In this document: piece by piece, positions 26,201-37,690 of the stretch
Numbering within the stretch: position 1 is the stretch's first letter
Layout of the letters: every line of letters starts with the position of its first letter
Assembly: GCF_018977255.1 (NCBI RefSeq)
Contig: NW_024704743.1
Location: 8,868,001-8,932,000 of the forward strand
DNA: 64,000 nucleotides
Direction: 5' to 3'
From: Callorhinchus milii
Lineage: Eukaryota
Notes under the pieces: model-generated
Seen by the model: the letters and a program-made list of their open reading frames with translations, nothing else
The model's database searches: none
Told to the model about the DNA's origin: nothing
Made by a program: the position numbers and the translations under genes

Positions 26201-28771
26201 AATCTCGTGAAGTATTCGAGACGTCTCGATCACGTGATAAAGCGTCATATCAAAATCAAATGCAAGGATCGTTACCATCACGCCCAATCACCATTCACCA
26301 GCTGCACCTTGCAAGCCTGATAGTGATCCCCTTTTTTCCCGAATGACTACAACAGTGCTTTTAACCATACCATCCTATTAAGCAAACCATTCAAAATCTC
26401 TGCATTGAATCCAATTTGCAGAAATTTGTCTTGGAAGTGCCTCGGAATTAAAGGCATTAACCCATCTCTAACAGCAGGGCTTCTGCAATGAGGAAAGCTT
26501 GTCCAATTAAACTCATTAGGACTGGGTCTGTAGTATAGCAGCAGAAATCTATCCAAAAAAANTGTGCCTGCTGTTTATCTGTTTTGGAAAAATTTCAGCT
26601 CACAAAATCACAAGGTTAAGTACGTGCAAAATGAAAGTCTAACTGCTCCTTTTGTTTAGAGTTAATCCAATATTGTGCCAAGTGCTTCACTCACTGGTCC
26701 TAAGAGCGTAGCTTCAGGCTCTATCTAAGTGGCATAGACAAGAGAACATTTCCAATTTACTGAGTTTGAGATTGGGCCAGAGATTATTTCAGCACAGAGA
26801 TTCAGAGCACTGGGAAGCCTCTGGTGTTTCGATGGAGATAACGTGCAATGACTTGTGGTCATTTATGCCTGCCTCTCACCAGGCACGACACTGACAATAC
26901 AACTGAATGCCGAGCGGCTTACATCTTCACCCCAAATCCCTGTGAAAACTACAACAGTTGGAAATAGGAAGGTTTAGTCCCAGAGATCAGGAAATTTCAG
27001 AACTCGATGGCTGAAATTGAAATGCAGCTCCCTCTCACCCCAACACTATGCTCAATGAAGCCGTGTCTCACAATTGGAATCTGGCTCACAGGTCTGAATT
27101 TTTGGTTAGTGCGATAGCAACTTTAGTAAAATTGTAACTGCACTAACCAGCAATGGTTTCACTGAAAGCTATTTCATGAATGGAAGTCAAATGTGCTACC
27201 TGGAGTTAAAGATGTCACCAGTGAGAAAGGTGTCAGTGGGGAATGGGGGGTGGGGAGGGAAGGGGTGCCTTCTCCTCCGACACTTTAGGAATTTAATAAT
27301 AATAATCCTTGCATTTGATATAGCGCTTTTCACGTCAGGAGGACGTCCCAAAGCGCTTCAAATTTAATTTAATTTAAATTTCCACATTTAAAAAGCTTGC
27401 AGGAACCTTTTTGTCATAGGAACATAAAAGGTAGAAATGAAAAAAAATGAACTCCAGAGAAAAAAAAAGTAATTATACACTTTGGTTGCTTTTTAATGTC
27501 CGGCGCATAGATTAATACCAATAAACTATTCCTAGTTATTTTCAGCTTCACTATTCGTATATTAACAAAAGGATCCTAATAATATTAACCCAAGACTGTA
27601 GGCTTACAAAGCTGGGCTCAACGATGCAGTAAACTATAAAACAGACCAATTAAAGCTCTTTAATGGCCTGCATGTGGTCCAAGCTTGTGAGAAATGTACT
27701 CACCTCTCTAGGATTGCAAGCGTTTGTAAAGATTTATTCTGATTTTAATAGTTACCAGAAGATCCCCTAATGGCTTGTGGCCAATGGTGTAGAGACTTGG
27801 GCCTGTTAGTGGGAACCGAGAACGGAACTGGGCTAAAACGTGATGGTTTAGCTATAGGAGTGCCCATAAAAATTCCTCCATCATTGTTTTATTACATTCA
27901 GATGTTATAAAAATGAAGAAAAGGCCATCAGGCTTGCCTAGGTTGGCCTACTATGCAGGACTTAGTGACGTTCTTTTCATCTCCATCGTGCTTCGGAGTC
28001 AAGTCCATCTCCCTGCACTGTCTTAGCAAACAAAGACTGGGACAAGAGAGGAAAACAGGAGGACAAAGGCCAGGCTCATCACAAACACCACTATTCCATC
28101 TATTACTGTGGGATGATGCTGTGCGCAAATTGGCTATCACATTTGCAGACAAATACACTGTCACCACACTGTACAGTGAATCACACTTTGAAAGGACCCC
28201 TGGTCTGAAAGGCGCTATTTCAAATGTAAGGATTATTTATTGACTGCAATTCACAACAAAAATAATTTTAAGAAACGTATCAGAATTTTATGATAAATCA
28301 CTTTCTACTTAACTTCTGTGACTACAGTACAACCCTGTTATAATGTAGTAGTTGGGTGCGGAGGGGGGAACCAGAAAAATCCCAACTGGTCTTGTAACAG
28401 AGTGCATCTCGCTTTTTTTAAAAAAAGACGTCTCAATGACATAATAAGACGCTATATCAAATGCAAGGATTATTATTATTATCATCATCACTGCTGGTCA
28501 GTTCTTCTGCAACATGAAGTGACTGATCACACTGGTAATGTCACTGCGCTTCAAACCGTGATGTCGTGCTTGCAAATGAGCCCTCGCGGGGGTGTTGCGT
28601 TTTGGATTTGAATCACAATCTGAAGTGCAACGGTGGCAATGGAGTCGGACACCTTTTTGTGCACGCGCATTGTATTTTTTGATAAGTACTGTAAACTTCA
28701 GTGTCAGCAGCCTACAAGCCAATCCGAGTTAAAACAGGAACACGACTGGAACTCAGAACCTTTTAACCAAC

Positions 28772-28953
28772 CTGTTTTGAAAACTTCGTAGCGGATGGAG
28801 AAGCCAGCTCCATGTGTTTCATAATCGGACACAAATTTTACAAACAGCAGTGGCCCGGTGGAGATCTGAGGAGATGGTGCAATCTTCCCACAGAATTTGC
28901 CCAGAAGAGCTGCTTTCTCATCCCCACCATCCCGTACCTCCACATAGTCATAC
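28772..28953 (-). CDS. NRP1: Neuropilin-1 coding exon 3 (CUB a1, C-terminal half)
   Basis: Acceptor ttttttcctag|G, donor ACAG|gttggt, 182 nt. Encodes YDYVEVRDGGDEKAALLGKFCGKIAPSPQISTGPLLFVKFVSDYETHGAGFSIRYEVFKT. Phase is compatible with the flanking exons. Confidence 0.98.
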
Positions 28954-31900
28954 CTAGGAAAAAAACACAAGCATTACCATTAGACAGACCACATTGGTGA
29001 CTGACATATCTGTAGTTACTTTTTCCACAGTTACCTTCCAGGTCTGAACTTGACACAGTTGTCACAGAAGTCAAAAGATTGCGTGGGTTCAATTCGTACA
29101 ACAAGGCTTGATTGTATTTTAGATTGACACGCCAGCCGAGTACTGGGGGAGTGCCACATTGTCAGAGGTGCTGTCTTTATGACAAGCTTTTAAACCTTCT
29201 GCCACTTTAAAAATTCCATCATAGTATTTGAAAAATGAATGGAGTTACTCCTCGTGTTCTGGATAACAATTCTCCAGATGAATTGATCATTCTCTTTGTT
29301 TGTGGGATCTTGTTGTTGCATTTGCCTGCAAAACAGTTACTACACTCTGACACCACCTGCTTCCAGAACTGAGATCTGAGGGTCTGTATGATGCACATCT
29401 CGTTACTGGAAAGATTCCTGGTTTATAACTCGGGAGCCTTCATTACGGAATTTCACTCAGAAGCATCACAAAGTAGACCCCATTTAAAAAAAACACATGG
29501 ACACTCAATCCATGACTGTTCGTGGGTTACTGCTGTGTGCAATCGGGTGCCATGTTTCGCCCACAAAATATACACCTTACAGTATATTCTGTGAAGTGCT
29601 TTGAGATGTCTCAAAGACGTGATAAGGCACTATATCAGATGCAAGGATTATTATTATTATTATTAAAAATAAACAAAGGTCTACCAGCTGTGTGGCTGTC
29701 AAAGAAAGCAAATCTACGTTGGGTTATTTGTAAGTGCATAGAAATACACGCAACCCGAAATGCTCTCCCCAGAATCCAAAGTAAAATAAAATCACACACT
29801 GTAATTTATTCCAGGAATGCAACAGAAAGCAACTAGTGGCTATTGAGGTGTGATGGTAATCGAGGTTTCAAATTAAGAGGATGCTTTCCCGTCACATACC
29901 AGCAGTGGTGCACAATTACTGCTGTGTATTGACAGAGAGAATTGCAATATACTGCCCATACATATATACATAGTCCTGATATCACACTAAAAAAAAGCTA
30001 TGCAATCCACCAATGATTGGCACAGGATGCTATCTTGTCTGATTTGCTTCTGCGCTTCCCAGGACATATGAACACAATCGGATAATTTAAAAAGTCACTT
30101 GGCTGCTTGCAGTCCTCCTGCAGACCAGTACACAAAGTCAAGGTGACCCCAGACTCCAGTCTAATGGAAGAACAACCTAAGAAGTTTACAGATAGCAACC
30201 TTGAACCACCAGAAATGTTAACACGCCAAGAGACGTGACCTGCAATCTAACAGACCAGTAGCGAAACGACACAGACTGTATCACAGTTAAAGCTCCCGAA
30301 ACTGTAAAAAACTCCAGCGGTCATAACTCAACATCCACTGCAGCAATTTTCTCAGGTTCTATTTGAAATTCACACAAAAGGGATGCTATAGAAAGGACCA
30401 ATTTATACCATGAGAATAAAAAAAGGCCATTCAGTCCATTGAGATCCCTTCACTCAGTGTATTAGATTTTCTGTTGGCCAGCTGATTGTCTGATACATGA
30501 GGAAACCCATCACCATGCTTAAATGTATCCATTTAAATTTCATATGTGTATGGAAGTTTCCCTGTCTGGAATGGGCACTCTCCCCTGAGGGATGTGCCCT
30601 GATCATGTTATCCCGGAAAGTATTAGGTTGACAGAAGTCAAGACCTGGGTAACTAGATTGTGTGTTGGGTGTTCAACCAATTAAACCTGTGCAGCTTGCC
30701 ATTGCAAACCCCGACTAATTTCCCTTAGGACCATTCTACCTATCCATTAGGACTTTGGTTTGTAGGGATAACAGAAGCCAAGTGGAAAGATTCTGTCCCT
30801 GGTGACTGGGCTGCTCTGCCAAGTCCTGTTGACAGGCCAACAGTATTTATTGGGGTCAGGCGGAAACCCATCGCCATCCTCAAAAGTATGCAAACCAAAC
30901 TGAGATTTCCATACATCCCACCTTCGCATGGAAATTCCAGAGATAGATTGTTGGAATGGAATGCGTATCTCTCCATGGTCCATCATCAACTGTGTCTTGG
31001 AATATTATGGGCCTGCCTGGCTCGGGAACCAGATGATTGAGAACATCCCAGAGGATTGACTCGATTCTGATATTCTACCTTGGAAGCAACACTTGGGGTA
31101 ACTAAAGAGACCCGATTTACCTCCTTCCCTCCCTGGAGGATAATTTATTTATCCTGACTGATCTTTTAATCTCATTTCCATCTCTTTTCCCCACATCCTT
31201 TAATACCCTTGATACTATGTATTCACCTATCTATATTCCTTTAAATACCAATTGATTCTGCATCTATGGTCTTCAGGAGAAGGACATTTTACATTTTCAC
31301 AAACCTCTGTGTGAAGAAATATTTTCTAATCTCAGTTCTAACCATCCTACCTCTAAGTATCCATCTCCCTTTTAAAGCCTGAAGGGTGTTTGGCATAAAC
31401 ATGAGAAAAGGCTACTGCAAGGTACTGGAAGGTGACAAGCAGCATGGAACACATCTCAGCAGGAACCTTCAAGAGGAGAGAATACTGAAAGGGGATTGTC
31501 CTTAGACTCTGTTTCACAAGACAGCACAATAATCAGAGTCCTGGAACAAACACTTCCTATCACATGCTGAAAAAATTCAACTGCAACAGCTTAAATGAAG
31601 GAAAACTCAACATGTGTGAAATCCAGGCTCTAATGCCAATAATAAAATAATTGTCGGTAGTAAAGACACTCGTGCTATGAAACTGTAGCAGTAAGACTAG
31701 ATGTGGTGGTAGACAGTTCAAAGTAAGCTACCAAAATGGTAGGAAAAGAGAGCCAGCAGACCGTCAGAAATTGACAACTAGAAGACAAGAGCTTGAATGT
31801 GGAAATTAGAATATGTATTATACAAAAATGGAGTTGCTGCCTAGTACTGTGTTTTCACATTTGATGGGTCAAACATGTAATTTTTACAGTCACGCACTTC

Positions 31901-34754
31901 ATAGTATGTCATGTGAAGTACTTTGAAACATCCTCCCGTCGTGAAAGGCTCTCTACCAAATGTAGGGATTATTAATATTATTTCTATATCCATCCCAGCG
32001 ATAATTAAGGAATTGAATATGCTTGGGAATTCTGCATTTTCTAGCCTATCATTATCAAACGCTGAAAACTGTAAACAGTTTTATTTCTTCTTTGTTTTTA
32101 AGTAGAAAATCTTTGGTGGAAGAAATATGAAATGTGAGGATATGAAGTTACAGTCCGTGATAATTCACACATCAAATGGGTGAAAGGCTACCCTACCCTT
32201 TTCCTCTGCCTTCCGCTTTCCTCCCTTCCTCTCCTAGAACATAGAAATCTTCAGTGCAGAAGGACCCATCTAGCCCACACTGGCTCACAATAACAACAAA
32301 ATTACATTTGTACAGCGCCTTTCATGTCGGGAGAACGTCCCAAGGCACTGAATAATACAAGGACATCGCTTTAATCCCACTGCAATATGCCCCTTCAAGG
32401 CCCTCTTTTTCAACGCGACCGAGATACGAGAGGGGCTACCTCTCCTCTCCCTTGCTCTCCACTCCACAGTGAAGCCAGAGAAACCAGGCCCATGACATTG
32501 GACTTTCCAGCAAATAACAGGTGACACTCACTGATCCAGGTTCAAGACTGAAGAATGTGCACTTGGTTGAGTTATTAGTAAAGAGTGCGAGTACCAGTGA
32601 AGTTCAGCCTAAACCACTTACTTTGGAAGAGGTGTAAGAGGGAGAAAAAACATGTTATACAATGTAAAGTAAAAATGCTTTGTGTTTACCTCAAACAGAA
32701 TAGATATGGAACAAATATACTATTTTAACAGACTACACAACTTTCTGGTGATAACAACCTCACATTAATATAAACAGACTTCAATTGTAGCCTTGGGCAT
32801 CCTGATATCAATTCTTACTTACTGCCACCAGGCACATATGCTTAATCCTTTTTGTCCCCACTGAGAGTTTCTCACTAAGAACCGATTTGCCACAAAAGAA
32901 GCTTTATATCCTGGTCGATCGTATAAATGTAAAAGCTCTTTGTCAAAATGATATAACATGCAATGAATAATGTATTTGCCGATAAGGCACCAGAGGCCTA
33001 ACATTCTTCATGGTCTTTACCTTAGAAAGACTTGTGGAAAACCAGCTTCTAAAATAACACTAAACACAAGAATTTTACAAAATTCTGCAGAATATTAAAT
33101 TTGAAGACAACGCGACCATGAGAAATGTCAAGCCCTGTCTTGTGAATTCTTGCATTTGCATTGAATGTACTGTAGCACGTTTCACGTTGGGAGGAAGTCT
33201 CACAGGATGTACTGTGGAGTGTAGTGACTATTTTGTTGGCAAACAATCTAATAGTTTGTGTAAGGCTACAGTTTATAATAATCCTTGCGTTTGATATAGC
33301 GCCTTATCACTTCGTGGAGACTTCTCAAAGCTTTTCCCAGAATATATTGTAAAGTGGCTTGACTGTATATTTTATGGGCGAAACAATTTCTGGGTTTTGA
33401 TGATCTTCATAAAATTGCTTAAACTTCTCCCTCATAGATCATGATGTTAGCTAAATGGCTTGATTGAATGACTGTTTTGTAACTCACTGATTATCCTATA
33501 TGAAACAGTGGGATAACTGTGAGTGCTCAATTTTTGGTTCCCAATGACTTATTAAAAGACCAGAGCTGATTGTAATGGAAAGTGCCCTTTCAGTCAGTCT
33601 GCAATTATGTGGTGAAGGTGGAGTTTTCGTTCAAGTTAAAAGGAATTTAGAAACAATAACATCTCCCTGCAGCTCCTTTAATAATTTTTGGTGATTACAT
33701 CCCATTTAATACAAAGTTTGCACTACAAATATACGGTCATTCTCTATGTCATATCATGCTGAGGTAATATGTCTTCACATTGAACCAAAGCATTAAAACA
33801 CATGTTGGGATGAGGGACAGACTTGTTTCTTTGTGCACTCTCGGGGTGAATTCGTTGACATGTGCTCACTATCGCTGCTCTGTTCGAGACATCTCCTGAC
33901 ACTGAACATTCACGTACACCATTCCTCAGGACTCTATCCTTAGCCCTTTCCTCTTCCTCATCTACTAGCTCCCCCTTGATTACATCATTTGTAGAAAGAT
34001 TATCCTATTATTTACCTAATTGGAGCTTCAAATGGCTCAGCAGATAAACCCATTATGTGGTATGATACACACAGTCCATGGAAGGTCCCAGGTTCTTTAC
34101 TTAAGGACTGAAATTCCACCTGGTTCTACTTACCGATTTTTCCTTAGCATTTTAGACGGTGCAAATTTTGGGCAATTATTAAGTTAGGCTTAATTTTGAA
34201 GCCAGTCTTCTATAATTCTTAAAAAAACAGAGAAATAGCTTTACAATTCAGAATGAATTTGCACACACTAAAAACGTTGAGAAAAATATCTTGAGTCTTG
34301 ACTCAATTTCGCTCCTCGCTGTATTGTAACGACAATTAAATTTGGAGCAAGACACAGGTGGGTTTCTGTTCTCGATAGCAAGTCAGTGATCCCTGCTGGA
34401 TAGTTAATGAGTACAGACATTGGCTAAAGATAGGTTCAAACTTAGTTCTGATACTCCCACAGTTCCACAATACAGTCACTCACACGTATGAAGACTGGCT
34501 ACTTCAGCCATTGCCTTTTGAACTGAACCCTAGAGTGAATCTATGCCTTCAATGTCTTAATAAGCTAAAGCAATTTATATTTACACTGAGCCTTTCATGT
34601 AGGAGTACGTCTCAAAGCGCTTTGCAGTATTAGCTGTAAAGTTTAGTGATTGCCTATTTTGCAGTCAGGTAGAGGAGAAAATAAGAAGGAAACCTTTCTA
34701 ATCTAAGTTAACACAATTTTCAACATGGTCCTTAGCATATCATCTATATGTGGA

Positions 34755-35160
34755 TCAGTCTGGCTCAGTTGGTAGCACTCTTGCCTCTGCATCAGAAAGT
34801 TGTGAGTTGAAGTGCCATATTGGACATGGCCTCACGGCTGACACTCCAGTGCAATTCTGGGGATGTGTGCGTTGTTGGAGGCGTTGTACTTCAGATGAGA
34901 TGTTAAACTGTCTGATCAGATGAATGTTAAAGATCCATGACACTATTCAAAAAGAGAGGAGAGCTTCTCCTGGTGTCCTGTCCAACAATCCCCGTGATAA
35001 AATTGTGCTTTAACGTCATGCCTGTTTATGGGACACTGTGCACAAATTGGCTGTTTGGTTTACCCACAAAACACACACAGCAAAAATCCTGTTAAACATT
35101 TTGAGACGTCCTCTCCACATAAAAGACGCTATATGAAATGTAAGGGTTATCATTATTATT
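34755..35160 (+). mobile_element. Deu-domain SINE, full length
   Basis: Head, core and tail ending ttatcattattatt. Further copies at about 11095-11225(-), 29125-29345(+), 37720-38058(-) and 46760-46935(-). Confidence 0.8.
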
Positions 35161-36459
35161 TATGATTAATTTATCTGGAAAGAAAAAGGGCCACTCCAGG
35201 TAAAGAGCAGGAAAATGTCGAGACTAACTTCCAATTAATACAGCAATAATTGAATCACATTTTTACAATAGTTTATCCTATTTGTATGCCACATTTGTGA
35301 CACAAACAAAATCTCCAACGGTAACCAACGGAAACAGAACTTAGCAATTGGTGAGCAGGGCTCGGGTGTGCCGTGGTCACACCTCTTCACAGGCAGAATT
35401 CCCCTCTTGTGGAGAAACAGCCAGCGTAGCCACCTGGTAATTGAAAAAAGATTGTATAATTGATAAAGTGTTTCACCGTCCAGAAGGCAGCTTCATTAAG
35501 TGTAAATATCACCAAATAACTCCAAAAAAACATGAAAGAATGGAGGCGGGAGGCCACATTTACTACCTACCTCGCTATTGTTTAAATGGCAACAGAAAGC
35601 TCTACATAATAGCTTAGATGTGACCCAGTAGCTTGACATTTTACTGCCCGTTTCATCTTATTCTCCTTTTTTTAATGCAGGTTATTTGCCTCCACGGGGT
35701 GTATTGTGCTATACAGTAAAGCATAGCTATCCTGCTAACAGTTTTAAAGATTGCCAAAAAACACCATTCCAGTGAAATATGACTGGGAGCCTTCAGAGGT
35801 GCTCATGGAAACAATAAATAATACTTGCTCTCAATATAACAGCCTTATCAGGTCAAAACATCTCAAAGAGCTTAACAAATTGTGTTACGATAAAGTTGTA
35901 GCGAGGGCTGGTCTGCGGGCAAGAAATACGAAAGATTGGTTTCATTTACGCAGCCAAAGTAGTAAAAGCCAAAACAAATCAAAAATCTTTCTGATATGTC
36001 ACATTCTAACCGAAGCAGTGCCACTGTTTGTTTTTATTTGCAGTTGATCCTGCTTTGGGTTAGAAAAAAAGGTGAAAATTCCATCAAATAATTAAGGTAT
36101 GCCACAGCTAAAATCCCATGTCAAAATTTAATTGTAGAGCATGCAAGTGGTTCTAAAACCCTCTTTATAGATGGGAATCTCCAATAGCAAAATGAACTCT
36201 AACCTTAAAACTAACCCCAACAGTAAAATAAACTGTAACCATAGCATTAGTGGAACTATAAAGCTGCAGAAGCTTATTATCCAGCACCCAATAAATTATT
36301 TTCCATGTGTAGTTACCAACTAAAGCAGCTTACTGCCAGAGCGAGTGAAAAACATCACATTTTCAATGCAATCCCTTTTCAAGATATTGTTCATTTTTTT
36401 TTGCCCAGTTGGAGATTGGAGACCAGAAAGTGAGGCACTTAATGTACAAAGGTGAAAAA

Positions 36460-36666
36460 AAACACGTGATGCGCTGGAAATGTCTGAAATAAAAGCAGAG
36501 GATGCCTGAAATGCACAGCAGGTCAATCTCAGAGAGAGAGAGAGAGAGGTTACTGTTTTGAGTCTGATGGGTTCTGATGAAGCGCAGCAGCCAAACATTT
36601 ATTTCTTCTCTTTCAGTCTCCCATCGACCCACTGTGCATTTTAGAGATTTTCTGCTCTTATTTCAG
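36460..36666. mobile_element. Inverted-repeat element resembling a Penelope-type terminal repeat
   Basis: Arms 36484-36525 and 36625-36666 are imperfect reverse complements. The centre contains gttctgatgaag...ccaaac. Confidence 0.55.
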
Positions 36667-37439
36667 TGGCACAGTTGACATGTGCACACATTAGGACAGT
36701 GAACCCTTTTACAACACGAGCACGCCAACCTCCTTTGTGCAAAAATATCCCGCCCACGTCATCTCCCACATCACATCCATCAAAGAGCAATATTAACGGC
36801 GTCCTTGGACCTACTGATCTTCACCACCCTTTCAGATACAAAGCATTCAAAATATGAGGCTCGTTCCCAGCAGAAAGCTAGTCTAGCTTGTCGCTGTCAT
36901 TTAATCAATTGTAATATTTTGATGCTACTGGTTGAGAAGCAAAATGCACAAGACTGATACAAATTCACTGCCCTCAAAATACACAAGTCAATCCACTTTA
37001 CAGTATATTCTGTGAAGAGTTTTGAGATATCTCAATGACATGATTAGGCACCATATCAAATCAAGGATTATTACAAATTCCTGGTGTCAGAAAGGATAAA
37101 TATGTATTAAACAAGAAACAACAGGGCTTTAATTGCTATTATGACTTGGGAAGAACCATTTGCCTTGTTCACAATTCAATCTTATATACAAAGGTGATGT
37201 ACAACAATGGATCACTGCCCACAGACCATGGTTTAGAGTGTAATGATATCCTTCACGTTTACACTGAAAAGTCAGCAGAGAAACCCTCGAGGGTCGGCAA
37301 TGGGAGAAATCCTGTTGGTTGCAACCATTTTGCTCTTTATGAGCATTTAAGTAGATTACGATGCCATTTTTTTCCTTCTGGTCTATTGTTCTTTACTCCT
37401 CTCCTGAAGGCATTTGATTCTTTTTTTCCTTCCACCACA

Positions 37440-37690
37440 GTCTAACACTCTCACCAGTGCCTTTCCCAAATGGCTATTATTCATGTGCGATTCTGGTCAT
37501 AGCCAAGTCTAATCCTGCTCTCACCTCGTCTCTATACTGACACACTAAATAGCAAAGGCTGCTGGATAACAATTCAGTAACAGCAGGAACCATGGCTGAT
37601 TTTCCCTTCTCAAATTCAAATGCACTACAGCTGAGTGCAACACCCAACTGCTGGCTCGGACGAGATGGTCTCAAATTAGAAGCAAACTAT
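37440..37690 (-). mobile_element. LF-SINE-like element
   Basis: Minus strand reads gggaaaatcagccatggttcctgct...ggtgagagcaggattagacttggct...cacatgaataatagccatttggg. Related diverged copies at about 16390-16455 plus 16925-17180, 32430-32650, 34030-34095 plus 34350-34555, and 51000-51120. Family name is from memory. Confidence 0.55.

Noticed and set aside
30740..30989. Overlapping 78-80 aa ORFs as a possible transposon protein
   Set aside because: No RT, integrase or recombinase motif is recognisable, and they overlap the non-coding repeat terminus.
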